64,000 nucleotides of DNA from Trichoplax adhaerens (Eukaryota > Animalia > Placozoa), in the NCBI RefSeq assembly GCF_000150275.1, contig NW_002060944.1:4220123-4284122 (forward strand), written 5' to 3'. The notes beneath the pieces are model-generated. The model was not told the origin of the DNA, made no database searches, and worked only from the letters and a program-made list of their open reading frames with translations. Position 1 is the stretch's first letter. The number at the start of each line of letters is the position of its first letter. Below are positions 13,602-26,700 of this stretch, one piece after another. A program made the position numbers and the translations under genes.

Positions 13602-16533
13602 TTAGTCTACCCAATTGTCGTCTATAATTGTAGTACGAACAATAGCATATGAAACGTCATATGGGTCGCAATTGGAAGAAGGTCGCCTATCTTCCAGGTA
13701 TCCCTTGCCAGCGACACTGCATGGTCTAGGTATACGGATACTGGCACCACGATGAGCTACGCCAGAAAAGAAATTATCTATACTGGATGTCTCATGCTTA
13801 CCAGTTAAGCGTCTTTCATTATCTTTACCACCATTGGGATCATATAATCTTATGTGTTCTTTATGCCTTTTGGATAATTTTTCTATCGCCTCATGAATAT
13901 ACTTTATTCCACCGTCTTCTCGCATCCGTTGAGTACTATAATTGCAATGAGCTCCAGATCCATTCCAATTGCCTTCTACCGGTTTCGGATCTAAAGTTAC
14001 TGTAACGCCAAATTCTTCCGCAATTCGATACAATATAAATCGAGACATCCATAAATGATCACCAATATCGATTCCTTCGCAGGGGCCTATTTGATATTCC
14101 CACTATTTTTTAAAATGAAAGAAATTTTAAATCAATGAAAGGGTGGGTTATTTATGGTTTTCGTATTCCTTATTGGAAAGGCAATTTTTTTGTAGTCTAT
14201 AATAATTATAGCTTTATTTAAAAAATTTAATAAATTCTAGGTTGAAAAGCCAACAGCAAAGTACCCAATAATGAAAGAATTCGCATATTTAAAGAAACAT
14301 ATGTTTCCATTGATTATCTCATGTTTAATCAATTTTAAAGGGCTTGCAGAAAGTAGCAAGATATGATGGATGACTCTGTATTTGGATATTATTATGATAT
14401 TTTATTCGATACTTCAGCCCTTGCCAGGTATAGTAACTGAAAATAGTTCACTCTCAGAAATTTAATATATTACGAATTGGAGATTACTATGTTGCAACGT
14501 AGGACAATTAGGCCAGCTCATGGTATATACTGTATACTAATTGACATACCGGCAAAAAGCACAAGATATGTGCAAATACACGTACAGTATATGATACTAT
14601 CGCTCTAACTAAGCGTATACTGTAGTCGTAATGAACGGTAAAATATATATCGGCAAATGGTTGATACGCATACATTTTAACCTGTAAATAACTAGATTCA
14701 ATCACTAAATCTTACAACATATGTTTTTTTGTTAACGAATCATTTACGTGCATGTTCCAATGGTGGTAACATTTACGCAAGTGTCAACTTTCTAAATGAA
14801 TAGATATCAATTTTTTTGAATAGAACTCAAAGTTTGTTCGTGACTTTAGGTAATAATGAGGTACAATATGCTGTACTGTTACATGTACATTGTACATGCT
14901 AAAACGCTATCTCATTTTTCAACTAAGAAAAAAAGTAAAAATTCTTATAAATCACAAGTTGTACTCTACTCTACTGTAAAGCTGCTTTTGCTGGCACGCA
15001 CGCACGCTATAAATTCAGTACAATGCGAATTCGTTATAAATACAGTACACTTAATGCGTTTCTTAACGATCAGAACCACCTGGAGTAAAAATTGTTAAAT
15101 ACTATACAACTGAAAAACGATGTAAGATCGGTAAACAATAGTAAATTAACGTTGTATAGTGTTCTGATTATGTCTTAAGTAAACATGTTTGACTAGCGAT
15201 TAAACACCACAGAGTACTAGACGCATGGTTCATCACTGTTCATCACATACTACTGTAAGACTATACAATATATTAATTAATTGATTATAATGAACCAAAA
15301 ATAAGGCGTAAAAAAAATTTCAAGAAATATTCCAACACCAGTAGAGGCAGAACAAATTTTGATGGTAGCAAACAAAGTCAATGAAAGAGTCATCGATAAA
15401 TGAAAAGTTTATATTCCCTATTAATTGCGTACAGCAGGCAATTTGGCATTAAGTAGTCTAATTTTAATAACAATTTGGCAATGTTTAGATACTTGTACAC
15501 TGTTTACTATGTTAACAACAGTTTGATATCAATTGGGCTACCATTAACTTTTATCACTTTCATCCAACACCCGTGTACTGTTTAATCTTAGTACGCAACG
15601 TCCGAATTTTTAATTTAAAACCATAGACATCATAGATTTACAGTTTATTGCCAAAGACACGTGTAGCTGATTTACTATACTCCCAAATTGATTATTATCA
15701 CCAACAAAAATTAGATATATCGTAGTCTCGCGGTTTTACAATCGCCAGTCGATCAGTTGTTAACTACATTATGACTCAAAATAAATTTTGCAAAATACGG
15801 TATAGCCATAATTTGATAGAGTAAAGTAGTCGTTATTATTATCCGTCAATCGTTTTGCATTTTTGACAGAGAGTTAATTATACCGTACAGTACAAGCCCA
15901 TTATAGATTCAATTTTTAAATTGAATATTTTCTCACCTGAGAAGGCATGACTTCTGCGTTAGTACCGGCAATTTTAATTTTCGCGAAGAGACAAGCACGA
16001 TAGTGAGCTTCAATGATGGGTCTACCGAATACTCTTCCGCTACCAACACTACAGTAATAAGGACCTTGTGGACCAGGAAAGCCGTTCTTAGGCCAGCATA
16101 AAGGCTTTTCATGATCTAACAACACATACTCCTGTTCAATTCCAAACCAAGGATGATCATCTTTGACTTTTTCCATAGCCGCTACACATCGACGTCTTTT
16201 GTTGGTATGAGTTAGTTTACCATCATAATACTCGGTATCGCATAAAACTAATTTATTCGGATCACCACGAAAAGGATCTCGGAATATGGCTACAGGTTTT
16301 AAGTAGACATCGCTGTCTCCACCATCAGCATGACCACAGCTGGATCCATCATAGTGCCATGTTGGTAGATCGCTAGGAGATGTTGGTTCAGTTTCAACTG
16401 TCATTGTTTTACATCGCATTCCTTCGTTAGTGCCATCAATCCAGACATACATGACCTGAACTCTGCCACCTTGATCTAAGTTCATATATTGGCTGACTGT
16501 TGGAGCTAAAACGATTTCATCATGACTTGCCAT
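13602..16533 (-). CDS. GLUL: Glutamine synthetase type II (365 aa); coding exons 16533-15937 and 14102-13602
   Basis: Motifs [37 protein letters not shown]|[45 protein letters not shown]. Phase-0 GT-AG intron at 15936-14103. Confidence 0.98.
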
Positions 16534-18536
16534 TGTGATTAGGGATTTTGCAATTTCACACCTATGAATCCAAACATTTCCAATGAATATGTACAGTATG
16601 TACGTTATTTGCAAGTACTGTAGGATATATCGCTATTCACAGTCGTTACTGTAATGTAAAGTACAGTACAACAGCTGAAATTAGTCTTCAAATAAAATTG
16701 GTCTGAGCACGCTAAAGCATTAAAATTGTGTAATCAGTTGAAGTAGTTAACGTGTACAGCTGATGCAACCGGCTTAAAAAAGCGTACAACTTAATATCTG
16801 AATCAACGGCAACGAAAGGATGATGACGATAGTAAAATCGACTGATGATTTATGCAAATCAAGTTAATACAGTAAGACGATGCTGATGAAACATGAGTAA
16901 CGCATCTTCTAACTACCCGAGATCACAAGTATCCTGCAAGAGTGCTATTTCTGCAGGTACAGTACGACAGTGGGAGCGTTTAACCTGGTATAAACACGCG
17001 TTTCCATGCATCCAATAAATCAAGATACTGTCATCGAGTTCATTAATGCTCTTCCATACAGAATCGTACTACTGTACATTATACTGTAATACTGTTAATC
17101 CATAGATAGGCATGAATACGCCACGCTAAACGCCTTCCTACTTAGTACAGTAGAGTACTGTTTGAGTCCATAACAGTCGTTTACTACAATACGTATTATA
17201 AAGTAAAAAGTGGAAGCACAGTACTGTAGTTACGCGAGCAGTACAGTACATATTGTAGACTAGACTACAGTACTGTCTATTCATAGCGAAAAATGAACTC
17301 TAGAACAGAGAGATACGGCTACGCTATGTCAGCTTGTAGTGGTAACATCCATTTACTATTCTAATAATTACTGCATTATTTGATTTGAATTAATAAAGAA
17401 AAGATTAAAAAACATAACATACTATCCACTGCGTAGACAATCAGTGACAATGCTGTATATAATAAGTTTTTAAAATTATGCTGTACTATGAGCAGTACGG
17501 AGAGGCGAATGGATTGCATTATCCGATACTAAAGTATGGCTGACAATACGAAATAAAACTTAATTTAGTGCATTAGAATTATTGTTGTAGTAATCAGTAC
17601 AGTCTAGGAAATAAAGAAAATGCAGTACAGTGTATACTGTACCGTAGATGTTGATAATTGCAAGGATAATTACTAAATTAATTGACTGTATGTAGAGCAA
17701 GCGTGTTGTAAACTAGTTCGAAAGAGTTCTATTCTGTATGGAATATGCTTTTACACATTCAGTAGAATCCTTTAGGAACGGTCTACAATCCACTCTTGAC
17801 TAGAACTGTACTTGAATACAACTGGCTGACAAGTTGGTTTGCATCCAAGCATTGAATAGGATAAAAAGTCTCCATGTCAATCTCGTCTACTCAAAATGCT
17901 ATCCATTTCATGTAGAGTAGAGTAGAGTACTTTGAATCCATGTTCAAATCAATCCAGTCATTTTTTTTTGGTTCCTCTCCTCTTTTTCACTGATGACTAC
18001 CATGGATCTATGCCATTGATTTCCAATGGATAGCCAAGACCGCAGCTGTGGCATCATCATTGTGTGTGTCCAATGAATGCCTACCCAGTTGTCAGACTGT
18101 CTTTGACGTCGTCTACACTGTACAGTATGAAATAGTACATACAAGAAGATGCATGTCAATTCAATTCAACTTATGCCATACAACTAGTCCATGGTCAAAA
18201 AATTATCCTAGTCAATAGTATTCTTCGTTGTCATTTTTTCACGCCTGGATAATTTTCCTAATGATACAAACTTCATTTTATGTCGCTTGTGGGCACTTCA
18301 TTGTTAGCTTAAAGAGTGATAGTGAAATAGACTGAAGCCGGTTGCAGGATCAATGAACATGGCGAAATGGATCAATTAAATGAGCGTTAATCAATTTACT
18401 TTACAGTTATTTCCTTCTACTTATGGATGATTATAATTGAATACAACGCTATTGATTCTACTGCTTGTGTTGGTGATTAATCCATTCTCTTGAATTAAAT
18501 TAGAGAGAAATTAGCCTCGAAAAATGGCCTACTTAC

Positions 18537-18620
18537 CCAATGGAGTAATGGAGTAGTAAAACGCCTTTTCGTTGAGTTGAAGTTGAGCTTTGTGAATGAC
18601 ACCCCGAGTGGACGTGGTTT
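18537..18620 (-). other. Predicted non-coding first exon of glutamine synthetase (upstream boundary approximate)
   Basis: Strong donor TGG|GTAAGT at 18536, and an acceptor CATAG| just upstream of the GS ATG (exon resumes at 16561). That these two sites pair is inferred. Confidence 0.5.
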
Positions 18621-18802
18621 TTATATGTTACGCCTACCGGTCGATACGACACCAGGTTAGTTGTCCCATTTGGGTGGAGACGTCATTTCATTCAGCGATA
18701 ATAATTCCAATTATTATTATAATTATTATTAGAAATGTTGACCCGACTTGATACTTGATAGTAAGTCATGTCTAGTTAAAGTGATTGTGTTGACTTGGTG
18801 CT

Positions 18803-18844
18803 AGGATTGCGCAATATTTGATTGCGCAATCCTCGATTGCATCA
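18803..18844. promoter_or_regulatory. Two perfect C/EBP palindromes (ATTGCGCAAT) plus an AARE/CARE core (ATTGCATCA)
   Basis: aggATTGCGCAATatttgATTGCGCAATcctcgATTGCATCA; sites at 18806-18815, 18821-18830 and 18836-18844. Confidence 0.7.
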
Positions 18845-18972
18845 CTGGAGAACAATAACTCAACTGACGCTAACCAACACGCTTTCGCTGTATCTATGGT
18901 ATCGTCACCTTCAAGGACAGCCTCGAATTAGTGCACGCTTCACCTAATGAATGACCGAAACAATCAACGAGC

Positions 18973-20123
18973 ATGTCGAACACGGAGCACGACTCTCCCA
19001 CGAGCGACGTCCTTGTGTCGGTATGTCTGTCAATATATGATGGACGGCCTTGGTGGACTGGTCGACTGATCGAAAAGAAAAGCGGAATTAGCGGATGATG
19101 GACCATATGACCATCCATCATCCTAATCCTATCCTACTTTACTTCGATTGAATTGGACTTTATTCCGACAACTACTATGAATCGATTCTATCTATTTGAT
19201 TGAATAAATTATAATATAATGATAATATAATAATAATAATAATCATGATCAATAATCTACTGTACAGTATTATGACTTGAATCATTTTATTGGATGTGGA
19301 ACAGAATAATTCATGCTGTTAAAGAAGTGCAGTGAAAAACTGCCACTACCGCATTTGTTGCAATTCTTTCTTTCTTTCTTGGTAGACCATGATAGGATGA
19401 CATTGACGTTAGCTTAGGCGCTAATGGCGTGATTGATGGAGTTGAGTACGATAACCGACCTCGTAGTGAGTCGTATCTAAACCCTCTGTCTTTAAATAAC
19501 GCTACACTATTTCTAGAATGGCTGGTAACTTGACGCTTTCATCAATTTCAACTTTGCTACTTTATAAAGAATGAAATGGTGTTCATTAGTCATGAATTCA
19601 TCACCCTGTGACTAAATTAGCCTTACACTAGTGAAGCATACACACAGCATGGTTATACAGGACGTAGAAAAATAATAACTAAAAATGGGGAGAGGAGATA
19701 CGCTATGCCACGCTTTAAGAGAAGGAAGATATCCGGATAATCTAAACTGCCAGACTATCCTGACAGTTTGTATGAGTAGACAGTTAGGAATGATTAAGGG
19801 CTTTGTTTAATGCCAAAATTAATAGTTGTACATGTTTGCTCGTGTCTACCATTACACCTGTTCAGCCTTTGCTTCATTGACTGTTGACACGTTGACTACA
19901 ATATGTACAGTACAGTATATTTTTACTGGGCATTTTGATTCAATGGAATGTCAGGAAAGATACGCCTGTAGTCCCTGCTTTGGCTGATGCATTGTACAAG
20001 ATTGCATACGATTTGCTACAAAAACGTTCTAAAAATCATTTTATCAAAGATCCAATCTCATCTAGTAGTTCTGTCAATATTCATCTCTATCTTCCTATAG
20101 AAAAACGATCTATCTCTTCGTGA
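18973..20123 (+). other. Candidate small spliced transcript (46-aa micro-protein or lncRNA), divergent from glutamine synthetase
   Basis: Donor TCG|GTATGT at 19021; polypyrimidine tract with AGs at 19385 and 19395; donor A|GTGAGT at 19466; acceptor CTTCCTATAG| at 20100. The reading frame is ambiguous. Confidence 0.35.
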
Positions 20124-21619
20124 CATCTTACCTAGATCGCTATGAATAATACAGCACTGTCTTTATTTTTTTTTTCTACTTTGTTATTCCTTTATAAATC
20201 TCTGCAAATATACCACTCATTGTTGTATCATAATTAATAGAAATACAAGACTAGCTCAACAGTGTTTGCGAACTACATCAATATGCAAGGCCTAATCCAC
20301 AGAAAAGGTTAATACCAAAATAGATGGCGTAAACTCAAAATAGTCAGCATCATACAGACTTTCTACATTGTCATTATGTGTTGTAGACAGCGTACTGCTG
20401 TATTCTATTCAATATTGAATAGTAGCCGTCTCTTACTTTTGTAGAACGAATGGACTGTAACATATCAACAACAAGCGGCAGAGTTTAAGGGAGATCGACA
20501 AATTGATATTACAACTAATTTTGCCCGTAATCTTTTATTGACTGCCTAATTTAACAATAAAAGCTTTGTTCTTTTTGCTACAGGCAGTTTGCCATTTACG
20601 CTATATGGGTCCATCATGTACAGTTTGTACACTTTGTACAGCCGTTACAACCCATATTCTCCACTTAACAAAGACAACTGTTACACATCGCTATGATATT
20701 ATGTTGTTAATTCTTTCTTGATGGTTTAAATGTCCCTGCGAATTACTTCAGGCAAAATTGACGTGATATTCACGCGAGTTGATCTTGATTATGTGCCTCT
20801 TTGCTAGGTACTCTCTAGCCTTAGTCCCGGAAAATGGAAGAATCCATCGTGTAAATGTACCTTAGAATCATCATAGCGAACTTTGCAGATACTCGTTCAG
20901 TAATCAGTAGTAGAATGAAATGGATAGTAAGCTATCTTTTGTATACTGATGGACAGTAATATGAAATGTTATTCGTAGTTAAAGGATGACTTTTTTTCAT
21001 TTATAAACTGTCTATCTATCATGGTATAAGATTACCGTAAGCGCAAAGGCTATATCTATTTTGCCAACTACCTAGACTGGTCGACTTACTTTGATACAAA
21101 ATGTTTAACAAAATTATATAGTACAATCGAAAATAACAAATTGTTGACGATAAATGAACTGTACTTTACTCACTAATAACTTAATTATTACTACCTAATT
21201 TCATAGTACTGTACATCATGAATAAAAATACAATAAGTAACATTTTAATATCAGATCATATTATATTATTATTATTATTATACAACAACAACTGATTATC
21301 GTATTGATCGGATACCTGGGGTTTCTAGGCGTTCCGACGTCATTAAATTGAACCTGTAAATAAGATAGAGTACATAGCATACCCAATCACCCATACATTA
21401 ACCGGATTTGGTACAAAGTACAGTTTAATTTAGCCCAAATTAATTTTAGTGATTGCGTGCCCACTGCGTGCTACATTATTATGATAATCATCTGTGGTAG
21501 TTTGTCAATAACAAGATTGCGAAATAAGTAGACTATGCATAAATTACTATTAAGGTCAATAATAGGCAAAAAATTAGTTCATGTTCTTTTAATATAATTC
21601 ACCGGTATAAGACACCCCC

Positions 21620-22070
21620 ACTGAAAATGGACAGGCCCGATTGCTCATCATAATACAGTAAACGTTACTAAAAAATAGTGCACATACTGTACACGGGTGT
21701 TTACTGTGGGACAGCATAGGTAGAAAATGTACCCTTTAAAAATGAACGGACCTGATTTCTGATCACAATAAGCCTTACTAATATAGTACTAATTAAAAAT
21801 GATCGGATCTGATTTTCCGATCACAAGAAGTGTCACTAATTATGGTGTATACTGCAATGATGTAGTTTTTCTGGACCAGAATAGCAGAAATATTTTAAAA
21901 TGAACGGAATCGATCACAATAGCATTACTAATTATGGTAACAGTAAATGCATCCATAGTATTGATTAAAACGAAAGGACCCGACTTCCGACTATAATAAG
22001 CGTTACTTTAGATAATATAATGTGAAGTAAAAAAGGACAAGCGAAGTATAACGAGCGAGGGGTCGACTAG
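21620..22070. repeat. Degenerate repeat array (about 5 copies of a ~50-bp core); possible non-autonomous transposon relic
   Basis: Recurring AAAATGAACGGA(C/T)CTGATTT...GATCACAATAAGC..TACTAAT near 21624, 21739, 21796, 21897 and 21967. Confidence 0.6.
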
Positions 22071-23763
22071 CTATGTATATGTAAATATGCGATTTAATCT
22101 GGGCGAGCGTAGGCAGGAAATGCACCCACGTTCTGATCCTCCTCATACAGTATCTTGCATTCTCGACTACATTCGAAAAACTTGCTTATCCATGCACTCT
22201 TACTTTTAGGCTAGCACCTGCAACAGAGTAATGAATAAATTGTAGGCTTTCAGTCTGAAATCTCTATTGCTATAGTAAAGCTAGGAAAAAATTCTCTGTA
22301 GCATGTATCAGTTACTGTAGAGGCTGCATTAACGGTACACAGGAAGATAACAAAAGTGTACATTATGGTGGAAACGTGGATATAGTTGAATTTATTCTTT
22401 TTTTGAACATGTAGTGTAACAATAGTATCAGACGGGAAGATAAAGCTTATGACCATACCTACTATACTAAAGTCCGTGTTTCAATATAAATATAAGTAAA
22501 CGTCTAATCTACCTGTAATGGAAATTTTCAGCTTCGAATGTTGCACATGACTCAGTTTTACACTATCATCCAATTTATTATAACTAACTTTGTCACTTTA
22601 GCTTTGCTCCTATATCTATTACAATCTTACAATACTATAACAACTAGACATAGTATTTAGCGCTGTATCGAACAAATGCCGCAGCTAATATCGAACATTG
22701 TATCTAATAATTAAGTACTGTAACAACATTCGTAATCCATGTAATACAGGTATATCCGAATTACAGCATAATCGGATTAATAATATCATCCAAAACTCTC
22801 ACCAATCCCGACATTTTAAAATTTATTTAATGATGACAAAAATATATTTGATCATTGAAAAGAAGTCTGCAAACGCAAAAAGGAAACATGAGCATTTATT
22901 ATTAATGCATAGAATAAATTAAATTAAATTAAATCATACGAATAATTTATCACCGATGCCTTTCCTAGCTGGGTTAACAGCTTTGCAAATAGTTAAAAGC
23001 AGTGATGGGTCAAGCATTAAAACATTTAATATCGGTCTTTATACTCATTTTCAAGATAAGAATATGTTGGCATAGTGATGTTAAATAAAGCTAATTGCCT
23101 AATCATTACAGATCAAAGTTAAATAAACAGGGGAAAAACAACATGATAACAAAAAATGAACATTAATTGCGAAAATAATATTCAGCTTACTTGTGTAACT
23201 TAAAAGTCCAATCTTATTTTCACTTAAATAGATAATAAAATTTTACTAAGGGTCTACTCGTACAACAATTTTACTTAGGAGCGAATCGAAACAGAAGTAA
23301 AACTGATTTATTTAGTAACGTAATATAAATATATGAGTTACAAAGAGCGATACCGCTTTATCGATAAAATAATGAATCAAAAAGATGATAATTCGTAGGG
23401 ATAATAACGTTCAGTTAACTGACAACATAAAACTCGTACTGGAGACTTTTAAGCACTTTATACCATTATTAAATTTTAGTATTGTTGAAGATAAGTTAGA
23501 TGAAAAATTATAAATAGTTAATGATAATAAAAGGAATGCCTACTGAAGTAGAAAATCGGCATGGCCTCATATAATTAAGCTATAATATCCTATAGCCATT
23601 TTGACAGTGATAATTTGCATATTTACGATGTGTAGAATGATATAATTTGTGAAGCATATTTAATTTTTATACAGGTGATACTAGTATTATACATTGCCAC
23701 TGATAGTAACAGCTTGAGATACCGATTCACAAGGAAATAAAAATTTGACCCAATCCTTTCGCA

Positions 23764-26700
23764 TCACGATTTCGTATCAGCTTTATCCTGACAAGGAAAG
23801 AATATAGATATTTATATTTATAATGACAACAACACAAATTTGTATTAGTACTTAAGCTTTGAGCGCCTTCACTATCAATGACATAAAGGAAGAGATATGT
23901 TGAAGAGTAGCTAACAGAATCACATAAAATTGCATTACCTTCAACATTCGGTTGGTCTCTTTAATTAGGTGTTGAGTTCGATTAACTAAAAATCATAAAT
24001 CAACAATACTTAAGTCTACTACTAATCAAATATCGTACATACGTGATAGTTAATTTATACTTTCCGTACTTTTATTCAAAAAGGCAGAAGAAAAGTTTTC
24101 CCTAAACTCGTTCAATGTCTAAAATAGTTTTGATACAAATGAAATTTTATTAAAGATTACTTATAATATTTTTATTAATTATCGACTATGACTACTAAAA
24201 TATACGAATACAACTTTAGCTGTCATTTTTCATTACCTTCACCCGTCTTGCAGCACTATCAATCAATTGTTCCTGGCTTCGAATTTTTCGTTTAAGCGTT
24301 GTTACTTCCAAACGAAGGGAATTATTCTAAAATAATTTTTAGTAATATTTATTACAACGCGCCAGAGCAAATTACTCAAAGATATGCTGTAATAGATATC
24401 ATTGACCTAGAAAAAAGTAGTTATATATTTTATAATTCACTACTACACATACACGGCTGTAAAGTTTGTTTATAGTTTCCGATAATTCTGAATTCGAACT
24501 ATCCGGTGCTGCAATTACGGACATTCGGAACGAATCCAAAGTGTGGCTAATAGTACGAAGTTTACTATTTAGGGAGGTCAGTAGTGTTAATCGATCATTT
24601 TCTTTGTTAGTATCCTAAATAACATATAAATTAACAATTGGCTTAGTAAATGAAGACAGCTTATTCAAGGTTCGATTTTTACAGCCAAACGCTTACCTTT
24701 TTCTGGACATCCCATCTTGCTAATACATTTTCTAAACTTTTTCTACACTCGGCAACCGTGACCTTTAATGTCTCAAGATGTTCAGTCTTTATTACAAATC
24801 TTATAGATTTATTTGACAAATCATGATCATTTGCTACTTTATTCTCTTCAGAGGATTGCCATGTATACTTTGATGTTTCCGGTAAGTAGGTATTCTTTCC
24901 TATTTTACTATCATAATTCTTCCATTGTGCAGAAACATCGGATTCAGTTAATTTCTGAGATAACTTTTCTCGTAGGATGTTAGATGCATCAAGTCCTTGC
25001 TGCAGTTGCTCACTCAAACATCGGATCTCATCCAGTATACTGCTTATATTCACGGCTTGATTTTTTTGGGATATCTCATCTTGAAGAATTTTGATACCGG
25101 AATCATGCTCTCGTATTGTTGCTATCTTGTCGTAAATTGCAAGTTCGGATTTCAAGGTCATCAGCAAATATTTTGTTTCTTCTAGTTGTCCCTTAGCCGA
25201 ATGCAATTCATTCTCACGTCTATTTTTTATTCATAATAACAAAGTACATACAATTGCGTGTTATGGTAGTGTAAAACAGAAAATAAAGAAATATATAGGA
25301 TGGAAAGGTGTAACTTAAAACAAGTATTGCAATTATTGAATACAACTAATATCAAATTATATTAATAGAATTAAGCTGAGACTTACGACAATAATGACTC
25401 TTCACACATATTTAATCTTTTCGAAAGTTCACCATTTTCGTTCGACTTTTCCTGAATTATAGCGTCTTTATCACTTAAAAGTGCTTGAAGACTGTTACAT
25501 TGCTCTTTTTCCATATCTAGCAAATGCAATAATTCTGAGTATGATTCTTTAAGTTGCATTAAATCTAGAGAGACTTTAGAATCTTCGGAAGGTATAATCC
25601 TAAAATAATATGACCCGGTATCGTTAGGCAATGGTTCATATGCATCCACTGTTATAAAATTTACGATATAGATAAATTTACCCTGTATCTGTAGTTCTGC
25701 TTGCTTCAAACTTAGTTTGTAAGGATTCTTTCAGAAGCAACCATTCCTCTAAACGTGCTTTCAGTTGACGGATGCCAACTAGGAAGGAGAAATTGATTGA
25801 TACAGTCTGTTTGGTGTATTTACGTTGTTCATGTTCTACAATAGAAGTTGCTGTTTTAATGTTGCGGCCCGGCAAACTATCAGAATTAACTTCCGTAGTT
25901 GATAATGGATCCACTTCCAGTTGAAGACAAGCATCTATTTCACGTTTTAGTGTTATACTAAATTCTTCCAATTCATTTAACCATCCTTGAAACAGTTTAG
26001 AATTATCATTGGAGGTATTATTTGGGAAACTTTGATCGAATTCTGCTTTATTAACAACTTTCAAAACGTGAAGTTTTGCTTCCAGAGAACATATTTGACT
26101 ATTTTTATCGCTGTTCTCCTCACGAATTCTAATAAATAATTAAATAATTATTGTTAACTTTGTTTTTACATAACATTTAAAATTAGAATTGAAATCATTT
26201 AGCACCTTCCTAATTCTTGTATTGTTTGCTGGTGCCGTATCGAAAATTTTCTCAATTCGGAGCGAAGGTACTCTACTTCTTTTTCTTCCCTAGTTGCATT
26301 AGTAACTTGAGTATCCGTTTGGATTTGATCAGATTGAGAAGGTGAGTGATTGCCTACATCTTTTCGCTCGGTACCTTGTAATTTACGCAGATGTTCAATT
26401 TCTCTGACTTTTTCTTCGAGCAGTTTTTTATAAATAGTAATCCGCTTATTCATGTCCGATAGCTGCTTTTTTTCATTGTCATCTAATCGGGAGTATGATT
26501 TAATATATCAGCAAATATATTACTAAAAAACAATGAAAGTTCTTTTTATAACAGAGCTACGCTACTCTATAGATAATGATACCTGATAGTTGTGATGTTC
26601 GGCTACCTTCTAAGATAGTTTCATTTTCCTCCCTTAAAGATTCTATTATCTTGTCACTTTCGATTAGCTGCTGTTTGGCAGCTAGAAAGTCGCGTGAGTG

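Noticed and set aside
20975-21320. Second possible U12 intron on the minus strand (GTATCCGA donor, TCCTTTAAC branch-like site)
   Set aside because: Both motifs are imperfect, the branch-like site is over 30 nt from the next AG, and no host gene is established.
21000-23200. snoRNA host-gene hypothesis for the short exon-like blocks
   Set aside because: No properly spaced box C (RUGAUGA) / box D (CUGA) pairs were seen.
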